A stretch of 64,000 nucleotides of DNA from Adineta vaga (GCA_021613535.1 CP075492.1:13826001-13890000); one strand, 5' to 3'. Shown: positions 47,466 to 62,094, numbered from the stretch's first letter. Notes: generated by a model from the letters alone, not told the origin. Numbers and translations are program-made.

Positions 47466-50400
47466 TTATTCAAACGAAAATGTTCTTGAACAATTGAAAA
47501 TAATATTTCCAACATGAGATGTCAGAGTTGGATAAGTATTATTTCGATTTTTCAATAATTGTTTCACAAATGCTAGAGGATTGATATGAAATCGAGCATG
47601 ATTTTGAATATTTAATAGAGAACGATGTTTTAACTCTTGAACAAATCCATCTGTTGTTATCCAACCATTTTCAAATGCATCTTCTTCATTTGCTGTTCGA
47701 GGTTTAGGACATAAAGATAAATATTGACAATATGCTGTTTGTTCTTCTATAGTTTGAAAATAAATCGTACCATTGAAGACAAATAATTCTACTAGCCAAT
47801 CGATAGGTAACTTGAAAAAAATCAAATCATAAGTCATTGGAATAGACGGAGGAATTGTCATGGTGGGTATGTTGACAAATATCGATTGATTACGTTTTAT
47901 TCGAGGTAAGAATAATCGTAATGTAGTAATGGATAATCCTTTAAATTGTTGTAATTGTCCCATTAACCAGTTTGCTTCGAAAGCATTCACAAAAATAATA
48001 TGTTCATTTCGATAGACGATTATCCAACGTGGAGGACGTAAATAATGATCTAATAATTCTTCTTTATTTTCAATTACTCGTTGAAATTCAGTTGTAATCC
48101 AAAAATTTGATTGCCAATTTTCCTCTTCACACATCGTTGCAAATGTTGAATCAGTAAATGCATATGCTAATCGACGAAATACTTTTGGTAATTCAATGAA
48201 ATTCATGACTGAATCATCTGGATCACATAATCGTTTGATTTCATCATGAAGAATTGGTTTACATGGTCGAAGAATTTCATAATGTTTTTGTTCATGTTCT
48301 TGTACACGTTCTTGTTCTTGTACTAATTCTTGTTCTAATTCACGTTGTTGTTCTTCATCATAAAATTGTGATAATCGTTGTTTCAATCCACCATAAGTAT
48401 TCATTCGTTCTAAAACAGCATGATGAATCTCTTCCGAAGCATGAATATTTGCATGTTGATATTGATTGATATAGATTTGCGATATAGTTTGTAAAGCTTT
48501 CGGTACACCATACATTCGTTTTAATTCAAGAATTTCTGGTGCTAAACATTTTTCAACTAATTCATCCATCATTTCGTCAGCGAAAATTTGTTGATTATTT
48601 GTCCAATCAATTATTTGAAAGGCACAGACTTTATGTTGATAACTAAGACTTTGTACAGACCAATGATATAATCCATCCCATGTTGCTCGTTGAGTATTTT
48701 CATAAACCCATCGTAGAATATCTTTCAATACAATAGGATCTTGTGAATGTGTTTTCAATGAAATAATTTGACGATGAACTTCATCTGAACTCCAAAATGT
48801 TAAGGAATGACCTTCACCTAATTTTCTCATTCGCATACATGCTTGTACGAATCGATCTTTAGTTAAACCATTACCAAGTGTAACTGCAGCTTTAAAACCA
48901 GTTGGAAATTTAAAATCAGTACCTCTAGTATGTACTTCATCGAGATAGATAACACATCGATCTAATCGTTCACTTGCAGGTGATGTTAAAAAAGAATGAT
49001 GATGAAATTGTCGATCACAAACAATGATATGATCGAACTCGAAATAAATTGCATAATCAATTTTTGTTTTATCAGATCGTTTCAACCAATTTATAGCTAT
49101 TTCACGATTTGTACGATCAACAAATAGAGCACCAACATCAAGAATAACATGAATTATTGCTTCAGAATTTGTAATTTCATTTAAAATCATTTCGGATGTA
49201 ATATTCACAGGTAAATATCGATATTTTTCATTTTCGACTTGTAATAGATTGTTAATAACAATAGCATCCGTATTTTGTAATTGAGATAAATCACGTTGTT
49301 GAATGTGAATAGGTAATAATAATTGTGTATCATTTGTACCACTAAATCCAGTAATCATTTTTGTTCGTACAGATGATGATAAATCCCAAGCAGATGCAAT
49401 TAATTTATGAGGAAATTGTTTTGCTTCTTGAGGAAAGACAAAATGATTGAGAAAATAATTGATGACAATCATATTGTATCGTAATAGTTGAAAAAGTTGA
49501 TGAAGTTCTTGTTGACATTCTTTGATATTGACTTTTTTCCATTGTTTAAGATTTTGTGGAATATCATTCTCATGTTCTTCTGCAATCCATTCAGTATAAA
49601 TTATTTCTGGATCTCGTTCTTCCTGATTTAAACGATCAAAACATTGTAAAATTTGTGAATCTTTTAATCCACTGTAATAATATGAAAGTTGCGTTAAAAC
49701 AAGAGCAGTATCAGGATGACCAAATTCAGTTCGATCTGCAGGAACATCTTTGGCTCGATAAGGTACAGCCATTAATCGATGAAAATTAACATTGAAATTA
49801 ACACCATAATTAACACGATAACGTTTTTTTAAACAAATGAATAAAACTTCACTTGATAATAAACCACGAAGAACAAGAAATAATTGAAGATCATCGAGAG
49901 AAAATCGATCAAGAAGAGAATCTATCGATGTATGAATATCTAAGACGAATGATAAAATACATTGCCGATCTGTTTTTCGATATGATTTTTGATTGAGCCA
50001 ATCATTAATAATCTTCACACATAATTCAGGAAATGATCGATGTGATAAGAAACGAAATTCTGGAAAAGCACTTTGATATTTTGATGCTTTATAAAAGACA
50101 TTCGTTGGATCATTGAGAGCAATATCTGCAGCAAATTTTTTTACTGAATTTAAAATTATTTGAATAAGTTGCCAACGTTCAACACCACCATCAATTCGTT
50201 GTTGTTGTCCAACTGTATAAATCAATTGATATTTACAATGTAAAATTTCATCTGATTCATCGAGAAGATCTCGTGCAAATGTTTTCAACCATCGTTGAAC
50301 AATTAACATGGAACGACTGGTATCAAATTCTTTTCGTCGACATTTATCAATTGTAAGAAGATCAAATGAGAGAAGATCTTCAGGTGATGTCAATATCACA

Positions 50401-53400
50401 TCACAATGATATAGTGCTTGTTGAAATCGATTATAAATGTGATTCATTTGTTCATGCGTAAAATTCATATCACGACGACAAACAAATGGTAAAATACGTC
50501 GATTAAGTAAACCACCTAATTTAAATCTTAATGATTGATAATTCATTGGAAATAATGATTTCAATACAATAATACGAATTAAACTTGTTGCAGATGAACA
50601 TAAACTAAGTGCTAACATTGGTATAATAACAGATGTTTTTCCTTCACCCATATTCATTTGCATAACGAGATTTTTCAATGTCGAAGAATCCGTAGAGAGT
50701 TCAGGTTGCATCATATGACGTGCAACATCCACTTGAATTTCACGAATAGTAATATTCATTTCTAATTCAAAGATTAACCATGGAAGATGTTCAGCTGGTA
50801 TCCAATTTGCATGTGGAATAGTAATGAGTTCTTTTTGAAATTCTTCGATTTTATTATACCAAGCAAAATGTAATGCACGTTCCAATTGTTGTTCAATAAT
50901 CCAATTAATTATTATACCACCAAGAAGTGTACATTGATCGTTAGTTAAGTGAAGAGAACGAGTTGATTGATGTTTTTCATTTAACCATAGCTGTTGAAAG
51001 AGAGTGATTAAAGTCGATGGTGTAGTTCTAGGTAATAAACCTATATCAAATAAGTTTTTATGATCAACAGTAATTGATTCTAATAATTCATTCCAGAAAT
51101 CAGTTGATTCTTGATGGAAAGATTCGAGAATTTGAATGATTTCTTCTATTGAAGGATATTTTCGTTGATAAATTTCACCGGATTGTAATTGTTTCCAACT
51201 CATTGCTAATTGGTTTTTGAAAAATTTACCAATTTCATAAAGAGAATTATTTTGATTATCAATTGATGTAAAAATTTCATTTGGAAATGTTTTATGTTCA
51301 TTGGTAGTTTTCATTACGATTGTTGAATTAACGATATGATTTGTATTTCGATGGAAATATTTCTGTTCTGCTTTTCGAAGTAGTTCTTGATTAATTTGTT
51401 TACTTGACGATGAAATTGATATTTGATTATCATCTTCAATCGATTTTTGTACAAATTCTTGTGAAGCAATAGAGATTCGATTAGGAAATGGAACAAGATC
51501 AAATGAACAGACAAGATTTTGAATAGTCATTAGAAATATATGAAGTTTTTGATTTAAATGCCATGATTTTAATAAGAATTTAATTTGATTCTTTTCTTCC
51601 GATGTAGCTAATCGACATTGATCTTTATAAGTATAACCATTTTCAAAACAATTTTTCATTTCTTCAAAAATTGTTCGACGTTCACCAGCAGAATGTTCAG
51701 ATGTAAAATCGATTGCATTCATTACAACAGTTGTATGTTGTATACTATTGTATTGAGTAAACGGAGGAAATGAAATGGAATTCAATGATAATTCTTGTAC
51801 TTGTAAAACAGTATTTAATATCTCCAAATAGATCTTTTTAATGCCATGTTTATTGGATATATAATGAAGAAAGTTTAGAAGTAATTTAAATCGTTGAATA
51901 TTATCAATTGTATCATTGTTGATCGTTGTTTTGAGTGATTCAGCTAATTTTAATAAACCAATCCAAATAATTTTCAATGAATATTCATCTGTTAACCATT
52001 GATTTAATGGAAAATAATTAAATTCAGAAAATTCTTTTAAATGTACATCACCCGAATGATAGATATCATTGACAAGTTGAATTAATTTCTGATTTTTAAT
52101 CATTGCATCCTGTTCAACAGTCGATTGATAATGTTCTTCATTTTTCACTGTTTCCAATATTTCTCTTTCAATCTCAGATGATAATCGAGCAATGGGATTA
52201 TATGAATGATGATAATCCCAATAGAGTTTAATTAATAATCTTTCATCATAATCATTTTCATTCATTTGCACTGCGGACAATGATGAATGCATAAAATTTA
52301 ATTTCTCACTGGTTTCAATCAATTTTTTTACTATTAAATAATAACCACAATGTTGCAAAGAATATAGAATAGTATCACCATTCCAATTGATATTCGGCAT
52401 AGAAGTATGATGATGTTGACAATATGTAGCTTTTGGTGAAATCATTGCAATTTGTTGAAGAATATTTAATGAAAGTCCATCAAATGGTTGATCACTCCAA
52501 CAACCAGCTGAATTAAGTAATTGAAAAGCGCGTTCCATTCCAGTCATTCCTGTATATTCATCAGGAAGTATATGTGATGTCAATGCATGTAGTAATGCTA
52601 AATATAACCAACCCGAAGGATTATCATTGGCTTGAATAAGACGTAATCGATCATTTAAAATAAAGACAAAATATTGATGTGCATCGGACTGGTTGATTTT
52701 CGTTGAATAAAAATATGTTGACGATCAGTAGTAGATGAAGATCGTCGTGTTGCATAAACATGTCCGAAAGGAATAATCAATTTTCGATGTTTAAAATGTT
52801 CATGAGTCGTTTTTGTCATTGTATTGATTGGTGATAAAAGTAAACCTGATTTTAAACCTGTTAATGTTCCTAACCATTGATTTTCGTCAATACACATATC
52901 AGAATATTCACGTGAAATAAAACATTTATGATTTGTTTGATAAGTAAAAGCAATTGCTAAACGTGATAAATAAATATGAATATTCATATCATCATGTATC
53001 ATGTATACATATGGTTTTTCATCGAGACGATTGAAATATCGTGTAAATAAGTTTCGAAATAGTAATGAAGTTTGATTAATTAACATTTGTGGATTTGAAT
53101 TATCTGTTGTTGTAATATAACCTGTTTCAAGATTTAAGATGTATGGTTTATGAGTAAGAAAATTTGAATCTTTAAAATGAATTGGTCGAAATTCAATGAT
53201 ATGATTTTTCATATTTTTCCAATGACTATATTCAGATACGAATTGAATTGGTAATTCAGCTTCTAGACAATTGGAAGGTATTAATTCAAAGACTTCATTT
53301 GTATTTAAATGTCGTTCATGAATAATTAAACGATGAAGTTGTTCATCAAAACGAAATTCATATTGAACTTTTTTATCATCATGATAATTATATTTTGTTA

Positions 53401-56400
53401 TATAAGTATTTGATGAATCAGAGATTTGTACTTGAAAAATTGACTGATCAAAAACACGAAGATATAATTCATTTGAAATGATTTTTTCCGGTAAATAATT
53501 CACACTCATTCCATTTACAAGAAAAATTCCTCGAAGACAATCAATAGATAAAATTGTCGTTTGATATTGGCCATCGTACCATCCATCATAAATATTCGTA
53601 TGTCGTTTCTTCCATTGTGCATCAATATTTTCTTCATGTCGAATAACAGACCAATAGAGAATAGAAAAATCATCGAGACTTTGATACGAAGATTTCTTAA
53701 GAAATAAAGCAATTGTTGGTTGAATTTTTCCTAAGATATGTTCACTAAATCGAACTAAATTTGTCAAAAAATGACTCATCGATGATTGTCTCTTATTTAA
53801 AATCATATTATCATGTATATTTGTAATTGATTTTAATAAGGAAATCATATGATTGTTTGAAGATAGAACGCAATGTATTCGATCGGTATGAATGGAAAAT
53901 GTTAATAAACATGCAATACCAATTGTCATGATATTTTGACGAAGTTTTTCAACTTCAATTAAATCCGAAGAAGAGATTGTTTGAATTGTTGTTGTAATCA
54001 TTTCTATCCATTTTTCACCTAAACGACGACATTTAAGAACTAAATCAATCATTTTCTGTTCTCGACTTGAATTACATAATGTTAAAATTCTCATTGTAAT
54101 CATTGTTATTACGACAAGTACGAATTCATTTTGCCAATTCAATGCACAATCATCTAAATGACGATTCAATCGTAAAATAAATTCATCAACAAAATAATCA
54201 TCCAATAATTGTTGATGCGATTCTGGACACCATGATGAAATTAATTCATCTACTGGACCATATTGTAATATCGTATGAATGATTAGTATAGCAACACTTT
54301 CTTCATTAAGTGATAAAGAATCCATTTCTAAAATAGACAATAGATTCCACCATTGTAATCGATGACCTGAACGAAATGAACCGAATTCAATGAATTGTTT
54401 GGATTTTAATTTCGTTTGAACATGTGAAAGATCAGCAATGACTTGATTTTGTACAAATTGTGTTGATTCAATTGAAAATTGTAAATGTTTATAATCAAGA
54501 TGATCTAATTGTAATGTTAATAATCGACATTCATCTTCAAGTTTCGGTGATCGAAAAGGTGTTAATTGAATTTGTAAACTATTTTCATATAAAAAATCTT
54601 CTATAGATGCAGTTGCAATGAACAGTTCAGCAATATGACTTTGTGTTAATGAATTTGTCGATGAAACTAATTTGACTTTATAATCTTTTGGACCAGTAAA
54701 TAATGGTTCTAGTTTTTGTGAATGAGGTCGAACTCTTAACCATTCATACATCCGATGTTCTGGTTGATATTGAGAACGATTAAGAAATTGCCAAAGAACA
54801 TCACGATAACATCGTAATTCAATTGGCATTCGTAATTCAAACATTACAGCTAGAGCACTTGCTTGATTTGATGGTATTGGACATTCATAAATTTCGACGA
54901 CAATATTTTCGGCTTGTTGTTCAATTCGACATCGATGACATAAGCGTTCATCGAATGAACTATTACATGTACATGGTAAACAAACGATGGAATTCATTAA
55001 TCGATTATATTTATCTTTTGCTTTACGTACTTCTTCGATCTTTGCATTCTTATCTTGTTCAATTTGAGTTTGAAGTTTTCGTAGACAACTCATAATCTTT
55101 GTTGAATGAGTAGCAAAATAAACACCAAAACTATTATCTTCTGTAATATTTTCAAACAGATCTGGATTCGATTGTTGATTAAATTTGTTGAAATAATCAT
55201 ATAAATCACGAGCATGAATCATATCATCGCGAGTAGGTAAAACAAAATATTCGAAAAGTTCTATTAGATTTGGAATATGAATACAATGATGTTTTAATCG
55301 TTCGAATCGTTTATCTTGACATAATTTGTGATGCATCGTACGAATCATTGTTAATGATGTAAGAAGAAATCGAGTATAACCGATCGGATCTGTTGATAAT
55401 TGTTTTGAACGATAATAATTTAATGCAGAAGTTTGATAATCATCAAAAAATCGGGATAACATTTCGAAATTATCTGGTTCACGTCGTGATGATGATGATG
55501 ATGATGCCGACGATGATCGATGAATCCATTCTTCACACCATGATCGAATCCAGAGTTCCATATAAGTCAATGCAATGCCACTGGAATATTTCAATTGATT
55601 TGTTAAAATATTGAAAGAAGGTATAAATTGTTCTTGGTTAATATCATCATTGATATGATGGATATTCAATGATGTTTTGTTTGTTATCTTTGAATTATTT
55701 TCATTTAAATAAGTTTTTAATGCATCACATGAATGTCGATAGAGTTCAGGATCATTAAGATTCGTTGTATCAATGATAAGTTGTTGATTTTTTTGTTCTT
55801 CTTCAATTTGAATTGATCTTTGCCAATTCATGGTTGGAAAGATTTTATCAATTTTCGTTTGTATATCATGTTTAATAAATTGAATCCAATCGTTGAGATC
55901 AATTGTATTCATTGTTAATAATAAACGATCGATTTTATTCAATCGACGAAGAATTTTTCGTATAGAATGAACGAGTAAATCAACAGATGTTCGTCTACTA
56001 TAAAGACTATCTGTCAAAAAATGTGTAATTAATAGTTTATAAACAAGTATACCACGAATTCCTAAACGTTTAGTTAAAATCATTTGAAAAACAACTTTAA
56101 TCGTCATCCATAAACCTGACCGACGAAAAGGTAATAATCCATTATTCCATCGAATTTGATCACGATATTTTTTCTTAAATTGTATTGATTGCTTTGAGCT
56201 ATCATCTAATGTAATATTTGGAAATTGTTGTATCCACCATTGCGTGACATAATGTGATAGAGGAACATCTCGAGTATCTGTTATTTCACGAGAAGATTTA
56301 TATGATTTTGAATATTCAATTGGATTCTTCATAAAATCAATTAATAATTCACAATGAACTGTTGAACTAAGACATGAACGATCTGAAAGTCGATAGGCAT

Positions 56401-56872
56401 TCACCGGAAAGCATGCTTGATGAGATTGAATTGAAGATGTTATTGTTTCAATTGGTAATAAAACTTGCCAAGATGATATTAATGAATGATTACTATTGTT
56501 TTCATCGATTTCAATAAGAATAGCAGCATTTTGTGCATGAAAATATAACGAAAGAAAATCACCGGGATGTAATTGTTCAAATATAGATTTTAGATTTGTT
56601 ATCGAGAGATTCTTCTGTAAGATATACCAACGTTGTGTACAATCGATTAGAGTTTGCATGATTGATGAAATGATACTATTATTATTATTTAAATGATATG
56701 TAGTCAAGAATTTTGATATGCATTCGAGTATAATATATTCATAACGATGATTGGATCGAAGACAGAAATCTGTTTCTGAAGATGATGGAAGATGAAATGG
56801 AAGAAATAGATGAGTCAAAATTGACTCATCCATTTCTCGTAATTGTTGATTCGTATTGTGACCGTGGGTCAT
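47466..56872 (-). CDS. ~3135 aa DUF6606/DUF3638/DUF3645-type protein with SF2-helicase-like ATPase motifs, one frameshift at ~52685
   Basis: PFRRSGLW; across the shift HQYFVFILNDRLRLIQANDNPSGWLYLALLHALTSHILPDEYTGMTGME; QMNMGEGKT, DESDE, AVPYRAKDVPADRTEFGHPD, FSGT, DEVHTRGTD, QACMRMR; intronless. Confidence 0.85.
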
Positions 56873-57300
56873 ATCTATCGAAATCTTTCAAAGAAAATAT
56901 CAAATATCACATATGAAGTTAGTAGAAAAAAAACAATAACTGAATTTGATTTAGTCATTTGAATTCAATCTAAAGAATAAATTCCAATAATGAAGAAAAA
57001 AGGGAAATATCTTCTTACGTACGACTATTTATCATTGATAACATTGAATTTTCCTAATAGTCAATATCAATAAATATCGTTTTTACAAAACAATTTCTAT
57101 TCGATCTCCAACGAAGTTACCGAACAACCAACGATGAAAAAGAGAAAAAAAGAGGGCGCAAGAGGTCTTACTATTTTCTATGATCAAAAATATTTCATAA
57201 TTTTATTCTTTCTTAAATATATTATTTTCATTAGATTTAATCTCATTTTAATAAAAAGAAAACGAATATTGAAGTTTACGAATTTTATTTGCATTCATTT

Positions 57301-58200
57301 TTAAGCTACTGCTGTTGCGACTAGATTATGTCTAATGTGTAATTGTCTTTTTATCGCTGCTTGAAGTGGTTCTGTAAAGATAAATAGTGTAATCATCATA
57401 ATTGGTAATGATATATCAACACATAGAAATGTAATACGAAGATAATATTTAGGAGGACTTGTGAAAAACGCCATAAAAGAAAATATTTCATAAGGCAAAC
57501 CAATTGTAATAATAATTAATAATAGAATAACAATACGTCGAATCATTTTCAATTCTCGTTTGGCACGAAATAAAAGATTTGTTGACGCTAATACATGTTT
57601 AGTCATGTCACTCACATGTCGAACTATTTGAAAATACATACCTACAATCAATGATATAGGAATACCATAAATACACAATGCCGTATAGATTCCAAAGAAA
57701 GAAAATCCAAGTGGCATTTGACATATCTGATTAGGTATGTTATACTTAATTTGATTAGTAATAATAAATGGTATGGAATAAACAAATGAAAATATCCATA
57801 CTAGACCGATTAGAATCGACTGAAATTTTATTGTCTGATAATACAAATGAGTAGGATATATCACAATCATATAACGAAAGAGAGCTTGAAGTAAAAAACA
57901 ATAGTTTTGTAACGCATAACCAACATAACTTAGATAACCTTGAAGAATACAAAACACACCTTCAGATTCATTTTGACCACGATCATTTGTCAATGTAGAT
58001 ATAGCCATACTAAGTAGATTACTACTAAAGAGAATTTCAGCTAAACAGGAATTAGCAATCAATATCATCGGCAATTTATGACATGCTTTATCGATGATAA
58101 TAATAATTAGAAATAGTATAGCGAGGAGAATAACTAGAATAATACAAATAATCATAAATATATCGAATGGAATAAACCATGGTTCAATGTTCAATGCCAT
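57301..58200 (-). CDS. Rhodopsin-like GPCR, paralogue of 25672-26589
   Basis: 7TM pattern, LQALFRY, ELKMIRRIVIL, FFTSPPKYY. Confidence 0.85.
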   Translation of the reverse strand: MALNIEPWFIPFDIFMIICIILVILLAILFLIIIIIDKACHKLPMILIANSCLAEILFSSNLLSMAISTLTNDRGQNESEGVFCILQGYLSYVGYALQNYCFLLQALFRYMIVIYPTHLYYQTIKFQSILIGLVWIFSFVYSIPFIITNQIKYNIPNQICQMPLGFSFFGIYTALCIYGIPISLIVGMYFQIVRHVSDMTKHVLASTNLLFRAKRELKMIRRIVILLLIIITIGLPYEIFSFMAFFTSPPKYYLRITFLCVDISLPIMMITLFIFTEPLQAAIKRQLHIRHNLVATAVA

Positions 58201-59028
58201 CAAAAATGCTTTCAGTGTCTGCAGTAGAAAAAAAATGAAAAATTTGAAAATATAATTGGATATAGATCAGGCATGTTAGAAGTTAAGATTAGAGTATCTG
58301 CACATGACAGATCTGTGAGTGGAACTTCTCTTGATGTATTTATTTAACCTAACTGGAAAAATGTAGAGAACAGTATAATGCTTTCAAAGAACTATAGATA
58401 TACTCGTCTTTAATTTTCCAAAGTGATAGTTCGTCTCAAGTGAGTATGAAATTGTATTTACGTACAGCACATTCTTAGTTAGTAAATTTTTAATGATGCT
58501 TTTGGAAATAATACAAAGTTCGAAATTGTTATAATAATAGTTAAATAATTAAAATGAAATTCTGTTTTTTTATGGAGGAAGAAGATGTACTTGTCTTTTT
58601 TCATCTATATTTTTACCTGTGGTTGATCTGAATAAATACTTCACATTGCCTATTTGTGGAAAATGAAAAAATATCAATTATGACATTTCATTTTCTCTTG
58701 TCATATTGAAATAATAACTAACTTTTTGAAGTTGTCCCTGTGAGTTGCCTATTTACGATTACTAATAAAATACGGAAAGATATATCAAAATTTAAGAAAT
58801 AACTATTGAATTTGTCGTGGAGATTCAAAAAAAATAATCTTATATCTCAAATGGGTTTGTAATCATTGTGAACAAAATAAAATTAATTCACTTAAATGTC
58901 TTTGAATAATCGAGCTTTACGATTATAATCATATAATGTTCTATATTAAATAAAGAATTAGATTTTTATATGATAGACACGTACAAGTACAGTTCAACTG
59001 AGTATGCATCAAACTAAATGAATCTGTA

Positions 59029-59316
59029 CCCAGTCGAACTGATGCTGGATGCATTTCTATCAATGGAAAGTACTTCTTGCTAATGGCTTTACCGTTACAG
59101 TGTAATTAAAAACAACTCTGCTATTAATAGTCAACAGCAGATAATGAACATCCTCAAAAAAAAAGTCATGATTTGAATGTCTCTTGAATGAGCTTGGGGT
59201 TCGTTTTACAGGCAAATAGAAGTTTAACATATTTATTATCCAAGTAAACTATTCTTTTCCTATGTCCTCCACAAGCATGTGTATAATAGGAGTACATTTT
59301 ATCAGAAAAAACTGGG
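59029..59316. mobile_element. 288 bp MITE-like element, CCCAGT...ACTGGG termini flanked by TA
   Basis: ta|cccagtcgaactgat at the left end and atcagaaaaaactggg|ta at the right end. Confidence 0.5.
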
Positions 59317-59524
59317 TACTCAAATTTTTTCTTTATATATTAGTCAATAATACTTTTCGTAGCCAATCATAAAAATAAATGAGAAAATTGTCGAAGAAGT
59401 AGTCTCTAACTCGCCAGTTTTGATGTCTGTAATTAATCTTATTGGCAATTGTAATTCATTTTCTATATCGAATAGAATGCAAATCATTTGTTGTTCGTAG
59501 TATAAAACTTTGATATACTGTAGT

Positions 59525-61991
59525 TTATTTGATTTTGACATCAAGTTGAGCAGATACAACATGTATTCTATTTCGGAGACGTAAGAGTTCTCGTATACAC
59601 CGTGGACATGTTTTTCCTTTGTAAATACGACATGATGGGTATATCCAAACAGGAAGTTGGCATCGTGGACACATATAATGAATTTTGTCATCAGCAACTT
59701 CGACAACATTCACAATGGTTCCATTTGGTCGTCGAGGGTGATTAAGAAGTTCAAATTGTTTTTCAAAATATTGCTTTGCACGTTCTTCATCATTCTTACT
59801 ACTGTAAATGTTTCCCAGTGCGTAATAAACTTCAATAGTAAGAGGATGTGCAGGCTGCAAAGATTTCAGTGCTATCTCCCGTGCTTTCTCGAAGTGAATC
59901 TCAGCCAATCCTTTCTGATTGATACGAAAGAAACAAAGTCCTAGTTTGATATGACAGTAAGCGCGTGCAGGATGTAATTGTGGCAATATTTCTTCTTCGA
60001 TATTTAAGGCTTTATGGTAATTGTCGATTGCTTGCAGAAAATAAAGACTATTAAGATATACTGAACCCAAACTCAAATAACACGTGGCTATTTCTGAACA
60101 TGGATACTCTTCACCATAGATCTGTTTGTATATATTCAATGCTCTATTGTAAGGGATTAAACTCTTCCGCCATCGTCTGCTTAAATTTGTCGACCACCAA
60201 TCTATAAATGATAGAATATGATTGAGAAAGTTCAAAAAAAATATACATTTATGTTGCAACAAAACTGTCATAAATTTGACTTGAGAAGTATACGGCTAAG
60301 AAATATACATTAGAAAAAATATTAAATTTATGACTATATTTTCTCATTATCTGTAAGTCTTCGACATTTTAGTTAAACTGATTTTGTTAAGATTGATCTT
60401 CTAATTAATCAATTTCACTTGCTGCGAAGACATCAGTATATGGTTCAATGATTATATATTGACTTTCGGTGGCAGACGATTTTCATATAGCTGTAGAAAT
60501 CTTTTTATAAGAAAAGTTGTCTTCCGTCATAGTTTCGATCTGTCATTATATAATTACAATAATAGTGTCAATATGTGCAAAAAATTTTAGGAGAAGCAAA
60601 ATTTCTCTTGAGTTACATAAGATTATCTATTAAAACTCAACAGTAATAAGTATACCTGATCAGTTGCTATAATTTGTATATTTTAAAAGGCAACAATGGT
60701 TTTGGATTCTTTAACAAGGGTAAAAGTGCATAGACCTACTGGCAAAATCTGTCTGGCACCATATTGAAAATTTCCAGTCTGTTGTTTTACTATATGCATG
60801 GCCGAGTGACGTATATGTTTTTGCAATAAGTGCATGATTATCTGATATGGTGTTTGCATAGAATTCGAGCGCTCTTCGATACCACAGACGGCTCATCGTA
60901 AAATGATTCTTTTGCCGAAATACGTCCCCGATGTAATGACAACATCTTCCAGCATCCACCACTCTGGAAGTTTCTTTAAATGTTTTCCACGATCGAAGAA
61001 ATATCTTCTTCGCTAATTTAATCTGTCCCATGTTGAGTAATACAATACCTAGCGTCATTAACATTGACTCACGATCATTCGCATCAGTATCAGTACAACT
61101 TTCTTTAAATTCCTTTTTCATAGTATAAAACACTTCATTCAATTCGTGGTCATCGTTGTTACATAGTGTCATAGATACAATAGTTAAATATGGATTTGTT
61201 GAATCACGACGAATACTATCGAGTCTGAACACTGAACTCAAAGGAAAGAGGACTTCTTCCTCATCAAATTCACCAATATCGCCGACATTGGCACATGTTG
61301 ATCCTCCATTTTCGACATTGGGATTAGCATCTATTTCCAACAGTACATACTCGAAACCATCCGGAGGCGGTTGTACTGCTCCCTCAGTTATACCGAGAAA
61401 ATGTAGTGCTATATGTCTTTGGAGACTTGTCGAAACAAACGAATTCATGGCGATAAATTTACCATGAGATTGTTCTAAATGTGCCAATTCAATTTTAGAC
61501 ATTAGTTGGCCACGATAAACGTGGACTGGAGATAAACATTGATGATTCTTTAGTTCGTTTTGTAAATCTCGTATGAAAAAACAGAAGAGAAAAAGAAACG
61601 AAATATTTTGCAATCGAAGAGCTCGATTAAGAAGTTCAAAAATAAAAGTATTTTTCATATACCATTCCAGGGCGTCCTCTTTTCGATAATTTATATTAAA
61701 GTCTTTTAGATCCTTTGTTTGTTGTTCGAGTCCTTTACATAATTCAGCACATTTGGAAACGAATTTATCTTTATCACTGAATGGAGGATCTAGTTGGAGA
61801 AGAATATCAAGCAATAACTGTGAAAAGAGAAATGTTCCATTTATATCGGTACATGAACGCTCTATGCCGATGTCACGCGTTTTGAGTATACTCATTGAAA
61901 GAAAATCACGGGATGTATTACGAAGCCAACGACAACGAAACGCTTTGACATGTTTAACCAGCGTCTCCAGTGTGACGAATTTTACCTTCAA
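59525..61991 (-). CDS. Divergent ART-TPR protein with C-terminal CxxC...CxxC ribbon; 5' end apparently missing (probable intron 60739-60202)
   Basis: ALEWYMKN, VYRGQLMS, FVSTS, EEEVLFP; TPRs; CPRC-x19-CPRC near the C-terminus; the phase-1 splice is inferred. Confidence 0.7.
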
Positions 61992-62094
61992 TATAACATA
62001 TTATAGTGAAGAAACAAAAACATTTGTTGCAAATATCTTGAGCGTGGGTGTGGGTCAGGCTATACTCTCAAAGCACACCCACACCACACCCTCT

